Shown: one piece after another, positions 1-10,049 of the stretch
How positions within the stretch are numbered: the stretch's first letter is position 1
How the letters are laid out: every line of letters begins with the position of its first letter
Assembly: GCA_031269735.1 (NCBI GenBank)
Contig: JAISYS010000008.1
Coordinates: 16-64,015 of the forward strand
Direction: 5' to 3'
Length of the DNA stretch: 64,000 nt
From: Candidatus Endomicrobiellum cubanum
Lineage (GTDB): Bacteria; Elusimicrobiota; Endomicrobiia; Endomicrobiales; Endomicrobiaceae
Program-made: the position numbers and the translations under genes
Notes under the pieces: model-generated
Database searches by the model: none
Seen by the model: the letters and a program-made list of their open reading frames with translations, nothing else
Told to the model about the DNA's origin: nothing

Positions 1-104
1 TAGAGTTGATAATGCCAGTGGCGATGGAGTCGCAGTTGAGGTTTGCGATAAGAGAAGGTGGAAGGACAGTAGGCTCAGGTGTTGTAACTGAAATTGTTGA
101 ATAA
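1..104 (+). CDS. tuf: Elongation factor Tu, C-terminal end only (gene begins upstream of window)
   Basis: Frame 3 reads [37 protein letters not shown] (stop 102-104), the canonical EF-Tu C-terminus; lies directly upstream of rpsJ. Confidence 0.9.
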   Translation, partial: ELIMPVAMESQLRFAIREGGRTVGSGVVTEIVE

Positions 105-183
105 TCACGTATTTTAATGTTTGCTATATAGAATGTTGTCGATGGTATTAGAAAGATAATCAAAATAAACAGGATTAAAATTT

Positions 184-525
184 ATGGGAAATGAAAAGAC
201 AGTTCAGAATCAAGATTTAAGAATTAAATTGCGGGCTTATGATCACAAAATGTTAGATGATTTTCTTGCCAAAATAGTGGAAACGGCAAGACGTACAGGT
301 GTAACTATAACAGGTCCTGTACTGTTACCTACAACTATAAAAAAGTATACAGTTAATAGATCGGTTCATACAGATAAAAAATCTCGTGAACAGTTTGAAA
401 TGAGAATTCACAGAAGATTAATAGATCTTCGTGAACCTTCTAATAGAACGGTAGAAGAACTTCAAAAAATAGACTCACCTGCTGGTGTTGATATTGAAAT
501 TAAGTATAAAGAAGTTCGCGGATAG
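184..525 (+). CDS. rpsJ: 30S ribosomal protein uS10
   Basis: 113-aa ORF, RIKLRAYDHKMLD...GPVLLPT uS10 pattern; first gene of S10 operon after tuf. Confidence 0.97.
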   Translation: MGNEKTVQNQDLRIKLRAYDHKMLDDFLAKIVETARRTGVTITGPVLLPTTIKKYTVNRSVHTDKKSREQFEMRIHRRLIDLREPSNRTVEELQKIDSPAGVDIEIKYKEVRG

Positions 526-564
526 AGTAAAAATAAAAAACAATTAAAACCGTAGAGAGAAAAT

Positions 565-1239
565 ATGTTGAAATCAATTATAGGTAAAAAAGTTGGTATG
601 TCCCAAGTTTTTGATGATAAGGGAAATCTTATACCGGTAACAGTGGTAGAAGCTGGGCCTTGCATTGTTACAAATGTACGTACAGTAGAGAAAGATGGTT
701 ACAGCGCTGTGCAGCTTGGTTTTGGAAGTGTTAAAGAAAAAAATCTTAATAAATCTTTAAAGGGATTTTTTAAGGAAAACAATGTTGAACCTAAAAAATT
801 TATAAAAGAGTTTAGAGTTCAAGATGCAAAAGAGTTTTCAATAGGACAAGAGATAAAGGCAGATATTTTTAAGGCGGGAGATTATGTAGATGTTTGTGCT
901 TTAACAAAAGGTAAAGGTTATGCAGGTGTTATTAAAAGGCATAATTTTGGTATGCAACCTACAACTCATGGTCAATCAGACAGGACGCGCGCCAGAGGTT
1001 CTAGTGGTGGACAAGGGCCTCAAAAGGTTTTAAAAGGTATGAGAATGTCTGGACATTTAGGTAACGAATATGTTACAATACAAAAGTTGCGCATTGTAAA
1101 TGTTGATGTGCAAAAAAATGTTTTGCTTATTAAGGGCGCAGTGCCTGCTGTAAAGAGAGGCACTTTATTTATAAGTAGTACAGTTAAAAAAGTTCCTGTT
1201 GTTCAGGAAGTAAGAGCAGTTAAAGCTAAAAAGAAATAA
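565..1239 (+). CDS. rplC: 50S ribosomal protein uL3
   Basis: 224 aa, GKKVGMSQVFD...GKGYAGVIKRHNF...; conserved S10-operon position. Confidence 0.97.
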   Translation: MLKSIIGKKVGMSQVFDDKGNLIPVTVVEAGPCIVTNVRTVEKDGYSAVQLGFGSVKEKNLNKSLKGFFKENNVEPKKFIKEFRVQDAKEFSIGQEIKADIFKAGDYVDVCALTKGKGYAGVIKRHNFGMQPTTHGQSDRTRARGSSGGQGPQKVLKGMRMSGHLGNEYVTIQKLRIVNVDVQKNVLLIKGAVPAVKRGTLFISSTVKKVPVVQEVRAVKAKKK

Positions 1240-1347
1240 ATAATCAGGTTTATGACAGTTACTGGTTTTTTGTAAAAGATAATTTATTTTAGGGTCTAGA
1301 ATTTATTAAATATATATTAGATTTTTCTAATAGGATAGAGAGAGAAA

Positions 1348-1968
1348 ATGGAAACAATAGTTTATAACGCAAAGGGACAGGAGAGGGGAAAGGTAGAACT
1401 TCCCTCTTTTTTTTGCACGGAAGTTTCTAGCGTGCTTCTGCATGAGATTACGACAGCGTATTTAAACAATCAAAGAGCGGGTACGCATAAGACGAAGACA
1501 AGGGGAGAGGTATCTTTTTCTGGTGCAAAACCTTGGAAGCAAAAAGGGACTGGCAATGCGCGTGCAGGACAAAGAAATTCTCCATTGTGGAGAAAGGGTG
1601 GTATAATTTTTGGTCCACAGCCAAGAGATTACTATACAAAAATGTCAAAACAAAAGAAAAAATCGTCTTTAAGTATGGCGTTTTCTGCCCAGTTGAAAAA
1701 TGGCAATGTTGTTGTTGTAGATTCTGTAAAATTAGAAGAAGCTAAGACGAAAAAAGTAGCAGAAATTTTAAAAAATCTTAAAGTTGAAGGTAAAAAAGTA
1801 GTTTTTGCAATTGCTAGTGATACAGATTTTAGAATGGCTGCAAAAAATATAAAAAATGTTGTTGTTGAAAATATTAAAAATGTTAATGCATATCAAATTC
1901 TTTGGGCAGACAAAGTAGTTCTTACGTCTGAAGCTATTGATTTAATAAAAGAAAGGCAATCTGTTTAA
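1348..1968 (+). CDS. rplD: 50S ribosomal protein uL4
   Basis: 206 aa, KPWKQKGTGNARAGQRNSPLWRKGG motif; synteny. Confidence 0.97.
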   Translation: METIVYNAKGQERGKVELPSFFCTEVSSVLLHEITTAYLNNQRAGTHKTKTRGEVSFSGAKPWKQKGTGNARAGQRNSPLWRKGGIIFGPQPRDYYTKMSKQKKKSSLSMAFSAQLKNGNVVVVDSVKLEEAKTKKVAEILKNLKVEGKKVVFAIASDTDFRMAAKNIKNVVVENIKNVNAYQILWADKVVLTSEAIDLIKERQSV

Positions 1969-1999
1969 TTTAGATGCCTTTTACTATTTAGGAATAAAA

Positions 2000-2287
2000 A
2001 TGGATATTAGAAACATTATTAGGAAACCAATAGTAACTGAGAAAGCCTCAATCTTAAAAGAAAAAAGCAATAAGTATACTTTTGTTGTAGATAAAGAAGC
2101 AAACAAGTTCCAAATAAAGCAAGCTGTTGAGTCTTTGTTTAATGTTAGAGTGGAGAGTGTGCACACTGCAAATTATGCGGGGAAAAGTAAAAGAATGGGC
2201 GCTCGTTCTGGTTTTAAAAGTGATTGGAAAAAGGCTATAGTGAAACTTAGTGAAGGTCAAGAAATTCAAATGGTCGAGGAAGCTTAA
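2000..2287 (+). CDS. rplW: 50S ribosomal protein uL23
   Basis: 95 aa, IIRKPIVTEKA start typical of uL23; synteny. Confidence 0.96.
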   Translation: MDIRNIIRKPIVTEKASILKEKSNKYTFVVDKEANKFQIKQAVESLFNVRVESVHTANYAGKSKRMGARSGFKSDWKKAIVKLSEGQEIQMVEEA

Positions 2288-2377
2288 ATTTAGACTTTAA
2301 GCGCAAGCAATTTAATTTGCTTAAGAAGTAAATATGGGTAGTAAAAAAATTGAACTGCCCGATAACAGGAAAGTATA

Positions 2378-3211
2378 ATGCCGATTAAAACATTTAAGCC
2401 GTATACGCAGTCTAGAAGACAAATGTCTGTTTCAAATTTTTCAGATATTACAAAAACAGAGCCGGAGAAGTCATTAACAAGAATTATAAAGAAAAAAGGC
2501 GGTCGTAACAATACTGGACAAGTAATGGTTCGCTTTAGGGGTGGCGGCCACAAAAGATTTTATAGAATCATAGATTTTAAAAGAGATAAATTTAATATTC
2601 CAGCCAAAGTCATTGCAATTGAGTATGATCCTAACCGTTCAAGCAGAATAGCGCTTCTGCAATATCAGGACGGAGAAAAGAGATATATAATACAGCCTGT
2701 AGGTGTAAAAGTTGGAGATACTTTGGTTTCCGGACCGGATGCCGAGATAAAACCAGGTAATGCTCTTTCTCTTGCAAATATTCCTGTGGGTACTTTTATA
2801 CATAACTTGGAGATTGCAGTAGGCAAGGGTGCACAGCTTGTACGCTCAGCAGGTGCTGCAGCACAGCTTTTAGCAAAGGAAGGCGAATATGCTCATGTAA
2901 GAATGCCTTCTGGCGAGATAAGGCTTATTCGAGTAAATTGTTATGCCACTGTTGGACAAGTAGGCAATTTGGACCATGAAAATATTACGATAGGCTCAGC
3001 AGGAAGAAACCGCCATATGGGCAAAAAGCCTCATGTGCGAGGAAGTGCAATGAACTCTGTTGACCATCCTCATGGAGGAGGTAGAGGCAGATCTAAAGGA
3101 AATAATCAGCCTAGAAGCCCATGGAACCAGCCTGCTAAAGGTTTTAAAACAAGGCCTAAAAAGATTTGGGATTGGGTAATAGTAAGCCATCGTAATAAAG
3201 CTAAGAAGTAA
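2378..3211 (+). CDS. rplB: 50S ribosomal protein uL2
   Basis: 277 aa, [13 protein letters not shown] motif; synteny. Confidence 0.98.
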   Translation: MPIKTFKPYTQSRRQMSVSNFSDITKTEPEKSLTRIIKKKGGRNNTGQVMVRFRGGGHKRFYRIIDFKRDKFNIPAKVIAIEYDPNRSSRIALLQYQDGEKRYIIQPVGVKVGDTLVSGPDAEIKPGNALSLANIPVGTFIHNLEIAVGKGAQLVRSAGAAAQLLAKEGEYAHVRMPSGEIRLIRVNCYATVGQVGNLDHENITIGSAGRNRHMGKKPHVRGSAMNSVDHPHGGGRGRSKGNNQPRSPWNQPAKGFKTRPKKIWDWVIVSHRNKAKK

Positions 3212-3226
3212 TCGGAGGGATAATAG

Positions 3227-3511
3227 ATGAGTCGTTCAACAAAAAAAGGTCCTTATGTAGATGAGAAACTTTTGAAAAAAATGCAAAAACTTAATGAAGA
3301 AGGTAATAAAAAGGTTATAAAGACTTGGGCGAGGGCTTGCACTATAACACCAGAGTTTGTAGGACATACAATAGCAATACATAATGGGAAAAAGTTTCTT
3401 CCAATATTTGTTTCTGAACAAATGGTTGGCCATAAGTTAGGTGAGTTTGCTCCTACTAGAATTTTTAAAGGTCATGGTGGTATGACAAAACAAGAAACAT
3501 CGCTTACGTAA
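3227..3511 (+). CDS. rpsS: 30S ribosomal protein uS19
   Basis: 94 aa, KKGPYVD...[12 protein letters not shown]; synteny. Confidence 0.97.
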   Translation: MSRSTKKGPYVDEKLLKKMQKLNEEGNKKVIKTWARACTITPEFVGHTIAIHNGKKFLPIFVSEQMVGHKLGEFAPTRIFKGHGGMTKQETSLT

Positions 3512-3583
3512 AAACAACAAGACAATATCCAACAGCTCAGGCTATTCACTATGCTGTTGAACAAGAAAAAAAGGATACAAAAG

Positions 3584-3979
3584 ATGCAAGCAAAGGCAAC
3601 AGCAAAATTTGTTAGATATACTCCAAGAAAAGTTAACCAAGTGCTAACGCTTATAAGAAATAAAAAAGTGGATAAAGCATTTGAAGTTCTTTCTTTCCTT
3701 CCTAAGTCTGCTGCGCCGCTTGTTAGTAAAGTGCTAAAAAGCGCGACTGCAAACTCAGGGAAACTTAAAGATTTTTCTGGTCTTAAAGTAAAAGAAGCTT
3801 GGGCAGGCAATGGCCCTATTTTAAAAAGAATGAGACCAGGCCCTCAAGGACGAGGAATGCCAGTTAAAAAAAGAACATCTCATCTTACTATAGTTGTTAC
3901 AGATGCTGGTGTTGTTGAAAAAAGAAAGAAGAAAATTGCCAAGACTGCAAGTGCAGGCAAAGAAATGCAAGCAAGGTAA
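3584..3979 (+). CDS. rplV: 50S ribosomal protein uL22 (Lys-rich C-terminal extension)
   Basis: ORF track opens at 3551. I prefer ATG 3584 (MQAKATAKFVRYTPRKVNQV) because uL22 proteins start M-x-A-x-A...R-x-S/TPRK. Confidence 0.93.
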   Translation: MQAKATAKFVRYTPRKVNQVLTLIRNKKVDKAFEVLSFLPKSAAPLVSKVLKSATANSGKLKDFSGLKVKEAWAGNGPILKRMRPGPQGRGMPVKKRTSHLTIVVTDAGVVEKRKKKIAKTASAGKEMQAR

Positions 3980-4007
3980 GATAAAAAATTTAGGAAAGGT
4001 ATAATAA

Positions 4008-4730
4008 ATGGGTCATAAAGTACATCCCAAAAGTGTAAGATTAGGATATATTAGAGATTGGGAATCTAAGTGGTTTAGTTTAAAAGAAATGCCCGATTTT
4101 ATAGAAGAAGATCGTCGTTTAAGAGTTTATTTAAAAAATCAACTCAAATTGGCCTCTGTGTCCAAAATTGTTATTGAGAGACCAGGTAAATATATACGTG
4201 TAAATATTTACACATCGCGTCCAGGCATTGTTATTGGCAAAGGTGGACAAGGTATTGAAAATTTAAGAAAAGAAGTTGAATCTATGACGTCAAAGAAAAG
4301 CTTTATAAACGTTATGGAGATAAAAAAGCCTGAACTAGATGCTCAACTTGCTGCTGAAGGCATTGCTTTTCAATTAGAAAAGCAAATTGCTTTTAGAAGA
4401 GCAATGAAAAAAACTATAGAAAAAGCAATGGCATCAGGAGCTGGTGGTATAAAGGTCATGGTTTCTGGGAGACTTGGCGGAGCAGAAATTGCAAGAACTG
4501 AGTGGTTAAAAGAGGGGAGAGTACCTCTACAAACTTTTAGAGCTGATATTGATTATGGTTTTGCTGAAAGCTATACGACAATGGGGCAAATCGGTGTAAA
4601 AGTTTGGATATTTAAAAAGGAACTTTTTAAAAAAACTACTAAAGATTTAATTGAAGAAGCCAAGCTTGTTGAAGCATCTTCTGATAGTATAGAGCAAGGA
4701 AAATTGCCAAAACAAGAAGTATCTAAATAA
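4008..4730 (+). CDS. rpsC: 30S ribosomal protein uS3
   Basis: 240 aa, MGHKVHP..., [10 protein letters not shown] motif; synteny. Confidence 0.97.
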   Translation: MGHKVHPKSVRLGYIRDWESKWFSLKEMPDFIEEDRRLRVYLKNQLKLASVSKIVIERPGKYIRVNIYTSRPGIVIGKGGQGIENLRKEVESMTSKKSFINVMEIKKPELDAQLAAEGIAFQLEKQIAFRRAMKKTIEKAMASGAGGIKVMVSGRLGGAEIARTEWLKEGRVPLQTFRADIDYGFAESYTTMGQIGVKVWIFKKELFKKTTKDLIEEAKLVEASSDSIEQGKLPKQEVSK

Positions 4731-4761
4731 TTAATAAGATATAAAGACCAAAGGAATTTAT

Positions 4762-5175
4762 ATGTTGATGCCAAAAAGAGTTAAATATAGAAAAACACAT
4801 AGAGGACGGATGAAAGGTAAAGCTAAAGGGGGCACTTATTTAGCTTTTGGTAAATATGGCCTTCAAGCTCTTGAGCCTGTATGGATAAATAGTAATCAGA
4901 TAGAAGCAGCTCGTGTTACGTTGACAAGATTTACAAAAAAAGGTGGAAAGGTTTGGATCAGAATATTCCCTGATAAACCAATTACTAAGAAACCTGCTGA
5001 AACAAGAATGGGTAAAGGTAAAGGCGATCCACAGTTTTGGGTTGCGGTGGTAAAGCCTGGTAGGATAATGTTTGAGATGGAAGGACTTTCAGAAGCTGAA
5101 GCATGTAAAGCTTTAACGCTTGCATCAAACAAACTTCCTATACATACAAAAATTTTAGTTAGAGCTGATATTTGA
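4762..5175 (+). CDS. rplP: 50S ribosomal protein uL16
   Basis: 137 aa, [11 protein letters not shown]...RMGKGKG; synteny. Confidence 0.97.
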   Translation: MLMPKRVKYRKTHRGRMKGKAKGGTYLAFGKYGLQALEPVWINSNQIEAARVTLTRFTKKGGKVWIRIFPDKPITKKPAETRMGKGKGDPQFWVAVVKPGRIMFEMEGLSEAEACKALTLASNKLPIHTKILVRADI

Positions 5176-5179
5176 GGGT

Positions 5180-5389
5180 ATGATGAAAAGTAAAAATTGG
5201 AATGAGACAAAAAATATGACAGAAGCTGAACTTTCCGTAAAACTTAGCCAGCTGCAGGATAAACTTTTTAGGTTAAAGTTTCGTCATCAGACAGCTCCTG
5301 TAAAAAACCCTTTAGAAATTAGAGGACTGAGAAGAGATGTTGCCAGAATTAAAACTTTAATTAATCAAAAAAGAAAAGAGTCTAAATAA
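5180..5389 (+). CDS. rpmC: 50S ribosomal protein uL29
   Basis: 69 aa, ...ELSVKLSQLQDKLFRLKFRHQTAPVKNP; GAGGG SD before ATG 5180; synteny. Confidence 0.93.
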   Translation: MMKSKNWNETKNMTEAELSVKLSQLQDKLFRLKFRHQTAPVKNPLEIRGLRRDVARIKTLINQKRKESK

Positions 5390-5410
5390 GACAATAAATA
5401 GGAAGGAACA

Positions 5411-5680
5411 ATGTCACAACAAGAACGTGGAAAACGCAAATGTCGTACGGGCATAGTTGTAAGTGATAAAAGTGATAAAACAAGATTAGTTTCCATAGAG
5501 AGGACATATCGTCATTCATTGTATGAACGTGTGCTTCGTAGAAAAGTTAAATTTGCTGCACACGATGAGAAAAACATTTCTCATATTGGCGACACTGTTG
5601 CAATAATGGAATCAAGGCCAATATCAAAGACAAAAAGATGGGTATTAATGGAAGTTATAAAAAAAGCGGCAGAAATTTAA
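5411..5680 (+). CDS. rpsQ: 30S ribosomal protein uS17
   Basis: 89 aa, GIVVSDKSDKT...YRHSLYERV...HDE; synteny. Confidence 0.96.
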   Translation: MSQQERGKRKCRTGIVVSDKSDKTRLVSIERTYRHSLYERVLRRKVKFAAHDEKNISHIGDTVAIMESRPISKTKRWVLMEVIKKAAEI

Positions 5681-5707
5681 AAAATAAGTTTATCGAAGGA
5701 TAACAGA

Positions 5708-6076
5708 ATGATTCAGGAAAGAACTATTTTAACTGTAGCAGATAATTCAGGTGCAAAAAAAATTCGTTGTTTCAGAGTTACAAAAGGTTTGAAGCGTCGT
5801 TATGCAAGTATTGGAGATGTAATCCATGCTTCAGTACAAGACGCATTGCCGCATGGAAATATAAAGAAGGGTGAAGTAGTCAAAGCTGTTGTTGTACGTA
5901 CAGTAAAAGAAGTACGTCGTGTAGACGGCACGTACATTAAATTTGATGACAATGCTGCTGTTATAATTAATGATGAAGGAGAACCAAAAGGTACGCGTAT
6001 TTTTGGTCCGGTAGCAAGAGAGTTAAGGGAAAATAATTATCTTAAGATAATATCTCTAGCTCCTGAAGTGATATAG
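5708..6076 (+). CDS. rplN: 50S ribosomal protein uL14
   Basis: 122 aa, [17 protein letters not shown]; synteny. Confidence 0.98.
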   Translation: MIQERTILTVADNSGAKKIRCFRVTKGLKRRYASIGDVIHASVQDALPHGNIKKGEVVKAVVVRTVKEVRRVDGTYIKFDDNAAVIINDEGEPKGTRIFGPVARELRENNYLKIISLAPEVI

Positions 6077-6159
6077 CCTCTAGTTATTGTTATCTTTTAT
6101 TGGTAGAGATAACATGCTTGTGGATATAATTTTTAAGCGAAAAACAAACAGGATATAAA

Positions 6160-6471
6160 ATGCTTAACATTAAGAAGAAAGACAAAGTGGTAGTGTTATC
6201 TGGGAAAGATAAAGGTAAAAAAGGGGAAGTTCTTGATATTTTTCCGGATAAGGGAAAAGTTATTGTTTCAAAAGTAAATTTTGTAAAAAGACATACAAAA
6301 CCTACTCAAAGAGATGCTGGAGGAATTCGTGAAAAAGAAGCTCCTATTGCTATGAGTAAGGTAATGCTTATATGTCCTAAATGTGAGCAAGCTTCAAGGC
6401 CTAAGTTTGATACGCTTTCCGATGGTAAGAAGGTAAGATTATGCCGTAAATGTGGGGAAATGATAGCATAA
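6160..6471 (+). CDS. rplX: 50S ribosomal protein uL24 with C-terminal CxxC...CxxC cluster
   Basis: 103 aa, KKKDKVVVLSGKDKGKKGEV KOW motif. Cys72/75/95/98 (nt 6373-6453) form a zinc-ribbon-like pattern. Confidence 0.96.
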   Translation: MLNIKKKDKVVVLSGKDKGKKGEVLDIFPDKGKVIVSKVNFVKRHTKPTQRDAGGIREKEAPIAMSKVMLICPKCEQASRPKFDTLSDGKKVRLCRKCGEMIA

Positions 6472-6519
6472 TCAGACAAGATAATTGGAGAATAAAGGCA
6501 ATAATAAGGAAAGAATAAA

Positions 6520-7077
6520 ATGAATCAACCTCGTTTAAAAAAGGTTTATCAAGAAAGTGTAGTAAACGAATTAAAGAAACAGTTTAGTTTAAAGAATACT
6601 CATCAAATTCCTAGTCTTAGTAAGATTGTTATTAATATTGGTTTAAGTGAAGCAAAAGATAATATTAAAGTTTTAGATATTGCGTCTGCAGAACTTGCAT
6701 CTATTACTGGACAAAAACCGTTAGTATGTAGAGCAAAAAAATCTGTATCTAACTTTAAATTGCGTCAGGGAATGCCAATAGGTATTAAAGTAACGTTGAG
6801 AAATGCGATGATGTATGAGTTTTTAGATAGACTTATAAATGTAGCAATCCCTCGTATAAGAGATTTTAGAGGGATAGAGCCTAATGGTTTTGACGGACAA
6901 GGGAATTTTAATTTAGGACTTACAGAACAATACATATTCCCAGAGATTAGTATCGAAAAGTCAGATAAAGCTAGAGGTATGAATATTACTATAGTAACAA
7001 CGGCCAAAAAAGATGAGCAAGCAAAATCTTTGCTAGAGGCGCTTGGCATGCCGTTTAAAAAAAGAGATAATAAATAG
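6520..7077 (+). CDS. rplE: 50S ribosomal protein uL5
   Basis: 185 aa, RLKKVYQE...NFNLGLTEQYIFPEI; synteny. Confidence 0.97.
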   Translation: MNQPRLKKVYQESVVNELKKQFSLKNTHQIPSLSKIVINIGLSEAKDNIKVLDIASAELASITGQKPLVCRAKKSVSNFKLRQGMPIGIKVTLRNAMMYEFLDRLINVAIPRIRDFRGIEPNGFDGQGNFNLGLTEQYIFPEISIEKSDKARGMNITIVTTAKKDEQAKSLLEALGMPFKKRDNK

Positions 7078-7108
7078 AAACGCAAAATAGAGCAAAGGAT
7101 ATTTTTCT

Positions 7109-7294
7109 ATGGCAACAACTTCAGCAGAAGCAAAAATGCGTAAACCTCAAAAATTTGCAACACGGTACAGGAATAGATGTAGTCTGTGTGGAAGACCGCG
7201 TGGCTTTTATAGAGATTTTGGTCTTTGCAGAATATGTTTGCGCAAATTAGCGCATAATGGCGAAATACCAGGTCTTACAAAATCAAGTTGGTAA
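7109..7294 (+). CDS. rpsN: 30S ribosomal protein uS14, short zinc-binding (type Z) form
   Basis: 61 aa, [22 protein letters not shown], ends KSSW; synteny. Confidence 0.96.
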   Translation: MATTSAEAKMRKPQKFATRYRNRCSLCGRPRGFYRDFGLCRICLRKLAHNGEIPGLTKSSW

Positions 7295-7317
7295 TATTTT
7301 TAAAAGAGGTCGGTTGA

Positions 7318-7713
7318 ATGATTACAGATCCAATTTCAGATATGTTTGCGCGCATTCGTAACGCGAATGCAAAGTTGCACGAAAAAGTAGATATTCCATC
7401 TTCAAAAATGAAAATGGAAATAGCTAAGATTTTAAAAGAAGAAGGGTATATTTTAAATTATAAGAATATTGAGGACAACAAACAGGGAATTTTAAGAGTT
7501 TATTTAAAATACACTCTAGCAGGCAGGCAAGTTCTTAAAGGTATAAAGAGAGTTTCTAAATCTAGTTTAAGAATATACAAAGGTTATGAAGATATGCCTA
7601 AATCAGTTGGTGGATTAGGTGTTACAATAGTTTCTACATCTAAAGGCTTAATGACTGATGCAAACGCAAGAAAAGAGAAGGTTGGAGGAGAAGTAGTGGG
7701 TTTAGTTTGGTAA
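7318..7713 (+). CDS. rpsH: 30S ribosomal protein uS8
   Basis: 131 aa, [13 protein letters not shown]...; synteny. Confidence 0.97.
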   Translation: MITDPISDMFARIRNANAKLHEKVDIPSSKMKMEIAKILKEEGYILNYKNIEDNKQGILRVYLKYTLAGRQVLKGIKRVSKSSLRIYKGYEDMPKSVGGLGVTIVSTSKGLMTDANARKEKVGGEVVGLVW

Positions 7714-7807
7714 AAGATTGTTTTTCTTTGCAATTGTCCTGGCAAGATTTGTCTTGAAGAATTTTGATTTTGTTATTTTGTAAAAAATTTATATTGAGGG
7801 TCAAACA

Positions 7808-8371
7808 ATGAGTCGCTTAGGCAAAAAACCGGTTCATATTCCGGACAAGGCGAAAGCAGAATTTAAAGACGGTATATTAGAAATAACAGGCCCCGGTGGA
7901 AAACTTTCGCAAGTAATTGATAGCAAGATAAATGTAAAAATTGAGAAGGATAATATACTTGTTGAGGCGCTTGGAGATTCTCGTGAGCATAACATGTTTC
8001 ATGGTCTTACGAGGGGGCTTATTGTAAATATGGTTGAAGGTGTTACAAAAGGTTTTAAAAAAGAATTGGAAGCAATAGGCCTTGGATTTAAGGTGAATAT
8101 AGAAGGAGGGAAAAAGTTAGTGTTAGCTGTGGGTTTTTCTCATTTAGTAAATCTTGAAATTCCTCAAACAGTTAAAGTAACTGCTGCTCTTACTCCAGAC
8201 AAAAATACCTTAATAACCGTAACAGGTACAGATAAATACGAAGTAGGCGCTTTTGCTGCCAAAATTAGAGCTGTAAAACCGCCAGAACCATACAAAGGTT
8301 TTGGTATAAGATATTTAGGCGAAAAGATTATTAGAAAAGCGGGTAAAGCTGCAGCAGGCGGCAAAAAGTAA
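7808..8371 (+). CDS. rplF: 50S ribosomal protein uL6
   Basis: 187 aa, MSRLGKKPVHIP...PEPYKGFGIRY; synteny. Confidence 0.97.
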   Translation: MSRLGKKPVHIPDKAKAEFKDGILEITGPGGKLSQVIDSKINVKIEKDNILVEALGDSREHNMFHGLTRGLIVNMVEGVTKGFKKELEAIGLGFKVNIEGGKKLVLAVGFSHLVNLEIPQTVKVTAALTPDKNTLITVTGTDKYEVGAFAAKIRAVKPPEPYKGFGIRYLGEKIIRKAGKAAAGGKK

Positions 8372-8459
8372 TTTTTTGCGCTAGTTTCCAAAAATGGAGA
8401 TTTGTTTTTATCTAATAATTAACATAGTAAAAGCAGCAAAAAAAAATAGAGGATATTAG

Positions 8460-8819
8460 ATGAAAGATTCAAATAAAAGATTTGATTATCGTGTAAAAAG
8501 AGTAAGAAGCAAAATAAAAGGAGCACAAGAAAGGCCTCGTTTAAGCGTTCATCGTGGGCATAAACATATCTATGCTCAAATTATAGACGACAGTAAAGGG
8601 GTTACTCTTACATCTGCGTCAACATTGTCTCCGGAACTTAAAGGTAAGTTAGAAGTTACAGATACCATTACAGCTGCCAAATCAGTAGGTGATTTAATTG
8701 CCAAAAAAGCAACAGAGAAAGGCATTAAAAAGGTTGTTTTTGACCGCAGAGGTTATGAATATACAGGAAAAATAAAAGCTCTCGCAGATGCTGCCAGAGA
8801 AAATGGATTAGAATTTTAA
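8460..8819 (+). CDS. rplR: 50S ribosomal protein uL18
   Basis: 119 aa, [20 protein letters not shown]...[26 protein letters not shown]. Confidence 0.97.
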   Translation: MKDSNKRFDYRVKRVRSKIKGAQERPRLSVHRGHKHIYAQIIDDSKGVTLTSASTLSPELKGKLEVTDTITAAKSVGDLIAKKATEKGIKKVVFDRRGYEYTGKIKALADAARENGLEF

Positions 8820-8863
8820 TATAAATTTTAAATAAACGGTGTTGTAAGTCTTAGGAGGACAAG

Positions 8864-9367
8864 TTGGCTGAAAAAATAAGTAAACAACAAAATGATAGTG
8901 GTTTAAAAGAAACAGTTGTGGTCGTTAATAGAGTCGCAAAAGTTGTTAAAGGTGGCAAAAGATTTTCTTTTAATGCTTTAGTAGTGGTAGGGGATGAGTC
9001 TGGTAAGGTTGGTTGCGGATTAGGTAAAGCGAACGAAGTCCAGTCTGCAATACAAAAAGGTAGTGCTCAAGCGGCAAAACATATGGTTTCAGTACAGCTT
9101 AAGGGCAGTACAATACCTCACGAAATAATAGGTGTTTCAGGTTCGGGGAAAGTTTTGTTAAAGCCTGCTGCTCCTGGTACAGGTGTTATTGCTGGCGGGG
9201 CTGTAAGAGCTGTTCTTGAGACTGTCGGAATTAAAGATATTCTTACAAAGTCAATGCGTTCTTCAAACCCTTTTAATGTGGTTTATGCAACGATAGAAGC
9301 TCTTAAGGAACTTCGCTCAAAGGAAGAAGTTGCTAAAATTAGAAAAAAAGAGGCGATAGAAATATGA
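8864..9367 (+). CDS. rpsE: 30S ribosomal protein uS5
   Basis: 167 aa, TTG start 6 nt after [22 protein letters not shown] motif. Confidence 0.96.
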   Translation: MAEKISKQQNDSGLKETVVVVNRVAKVVKGGKRFSFNALVVVGDESGKVGCGLGKANEVQSAIQKGSAQAAKHMVSVQLKGSTIPHEIIGVSGSGKVLLKPAAPGTGVIAGGAVRAVLETVGIKDILTKSMRSSNPFNVVYATIEALKELRSKEEVAKIRKKEAIEI

Positions 9368-9810
9368 TAGGTTTGCACAATTTAAAGCCTCAAGAAGGCT
9401 CAAAACATAGAAAAAAAATAGTTGGACGTGGAGTAGGGTCTGGCCACGGTCGTACATCTACACGTGGATCTAAAGGACAAAAAGCTCGTTCTGGTGATGG
9501 GTCAAAAAAGATAGGTTTTGAAGGCGGACAAATGCCTTTGTTTAGGAGAATTCCTAAAAGAGGTTTTAATAAGCAGTTTCGTAAAGAGTACGAAATTGTA
9601 AACGTTGAGAGTTTAAATAGATTTGAATCGGGCGTAGAAGTTACGCCTGAGATTTTAAAACAGGCCGGCATGGTAAAAAAAGCTAAACTTGTTAAGATTT
9701 TAGGTGTTGGCGAACTTAAGAAGTCTTTAACAATCAAAGTTGCCGCTTTTTCTAAATCTGCAGTAGAAAAAATTAAGTCTGCAGGCGGTAAAGCTGAAGT
9801 AGCAAAATAA
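9364..9810 (+). CDS. rplO: 50S ribosomal protein uL15
   Basis: 148 aa, [24 protein letters not shown]. Start overlaps the rpsE stop by 4 nt, so there is no room for an rpmD/L30 gene. Confidence 0.96.
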   Translation: MIGLHNLKPQEGSKHRKKIVGRGVGSGHGRTSTRGSKGQKARSGDGSKKIGFEGGQMPLFRRIPKRGFNKQFRKEYEIVNVESLNRFESGVEVTPEILKQAGMVKKAKLVKILGVGELKKSLTIKVAAFSKSAVEKIKSAGGKAEVAK

Positions 9811-10000
9811 GCTTTTAGAGAATTCTTTAAGGTAAAGTAATATAAGCAATCAAATATATGTTTTATAATTTTTTATTTAAAGATTTAAAATATTACATAT
9901 CTGAACAACGTTGTTTTTTAATAGTTTTTTATAAGACGTTCGGAAGATAATATAAACGAACGTCTGTTGTTTTGTACGCATCTGTTTTAATAGATTTTAT

Positions 10001-10019
10001 AAGGTTTTTAGATAGACCC
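10001..10019 (+). repeat. Family-1 intergenic repeat, right-end motif only (aaggtttttagatagaccc)
   Basis: Matches the right ends of copies at 13197-13215, 21122-39, 38893-907 and 26489-503. Lies in an unusual 240-bp rplO-secY gap. Confidence 0.5.
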
Positions 10020-10049
10020 ATAAATCCAAATGATAACAGGGATAAAGAT

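Noticed and set aside
3472-3810. Long antisense ORFs opposite ribosomal-protein genes (also 462-665, 1448-1648, 2290-2553, 4896-5210, 6765-7085, 9390-9737, 14187-14540)
   Set aside because: They fully overlap highly conserved, confidently identified genes on the + strand. Their composition is low-complexity. They are typical shadow ORFs in AT-rich DNA.
9972-10049. TTG-initiated N-terminal extension of SecY from the ORF track (likewise 13193-13228 for infA, 3551-3583 for rplV, 47624-47650 for cdsA)
   Set aside because: The extensions are not conserved family sequence. For secY and infA they read through repeat elements. Internal ATGs give canonical N-termini with better SDs.
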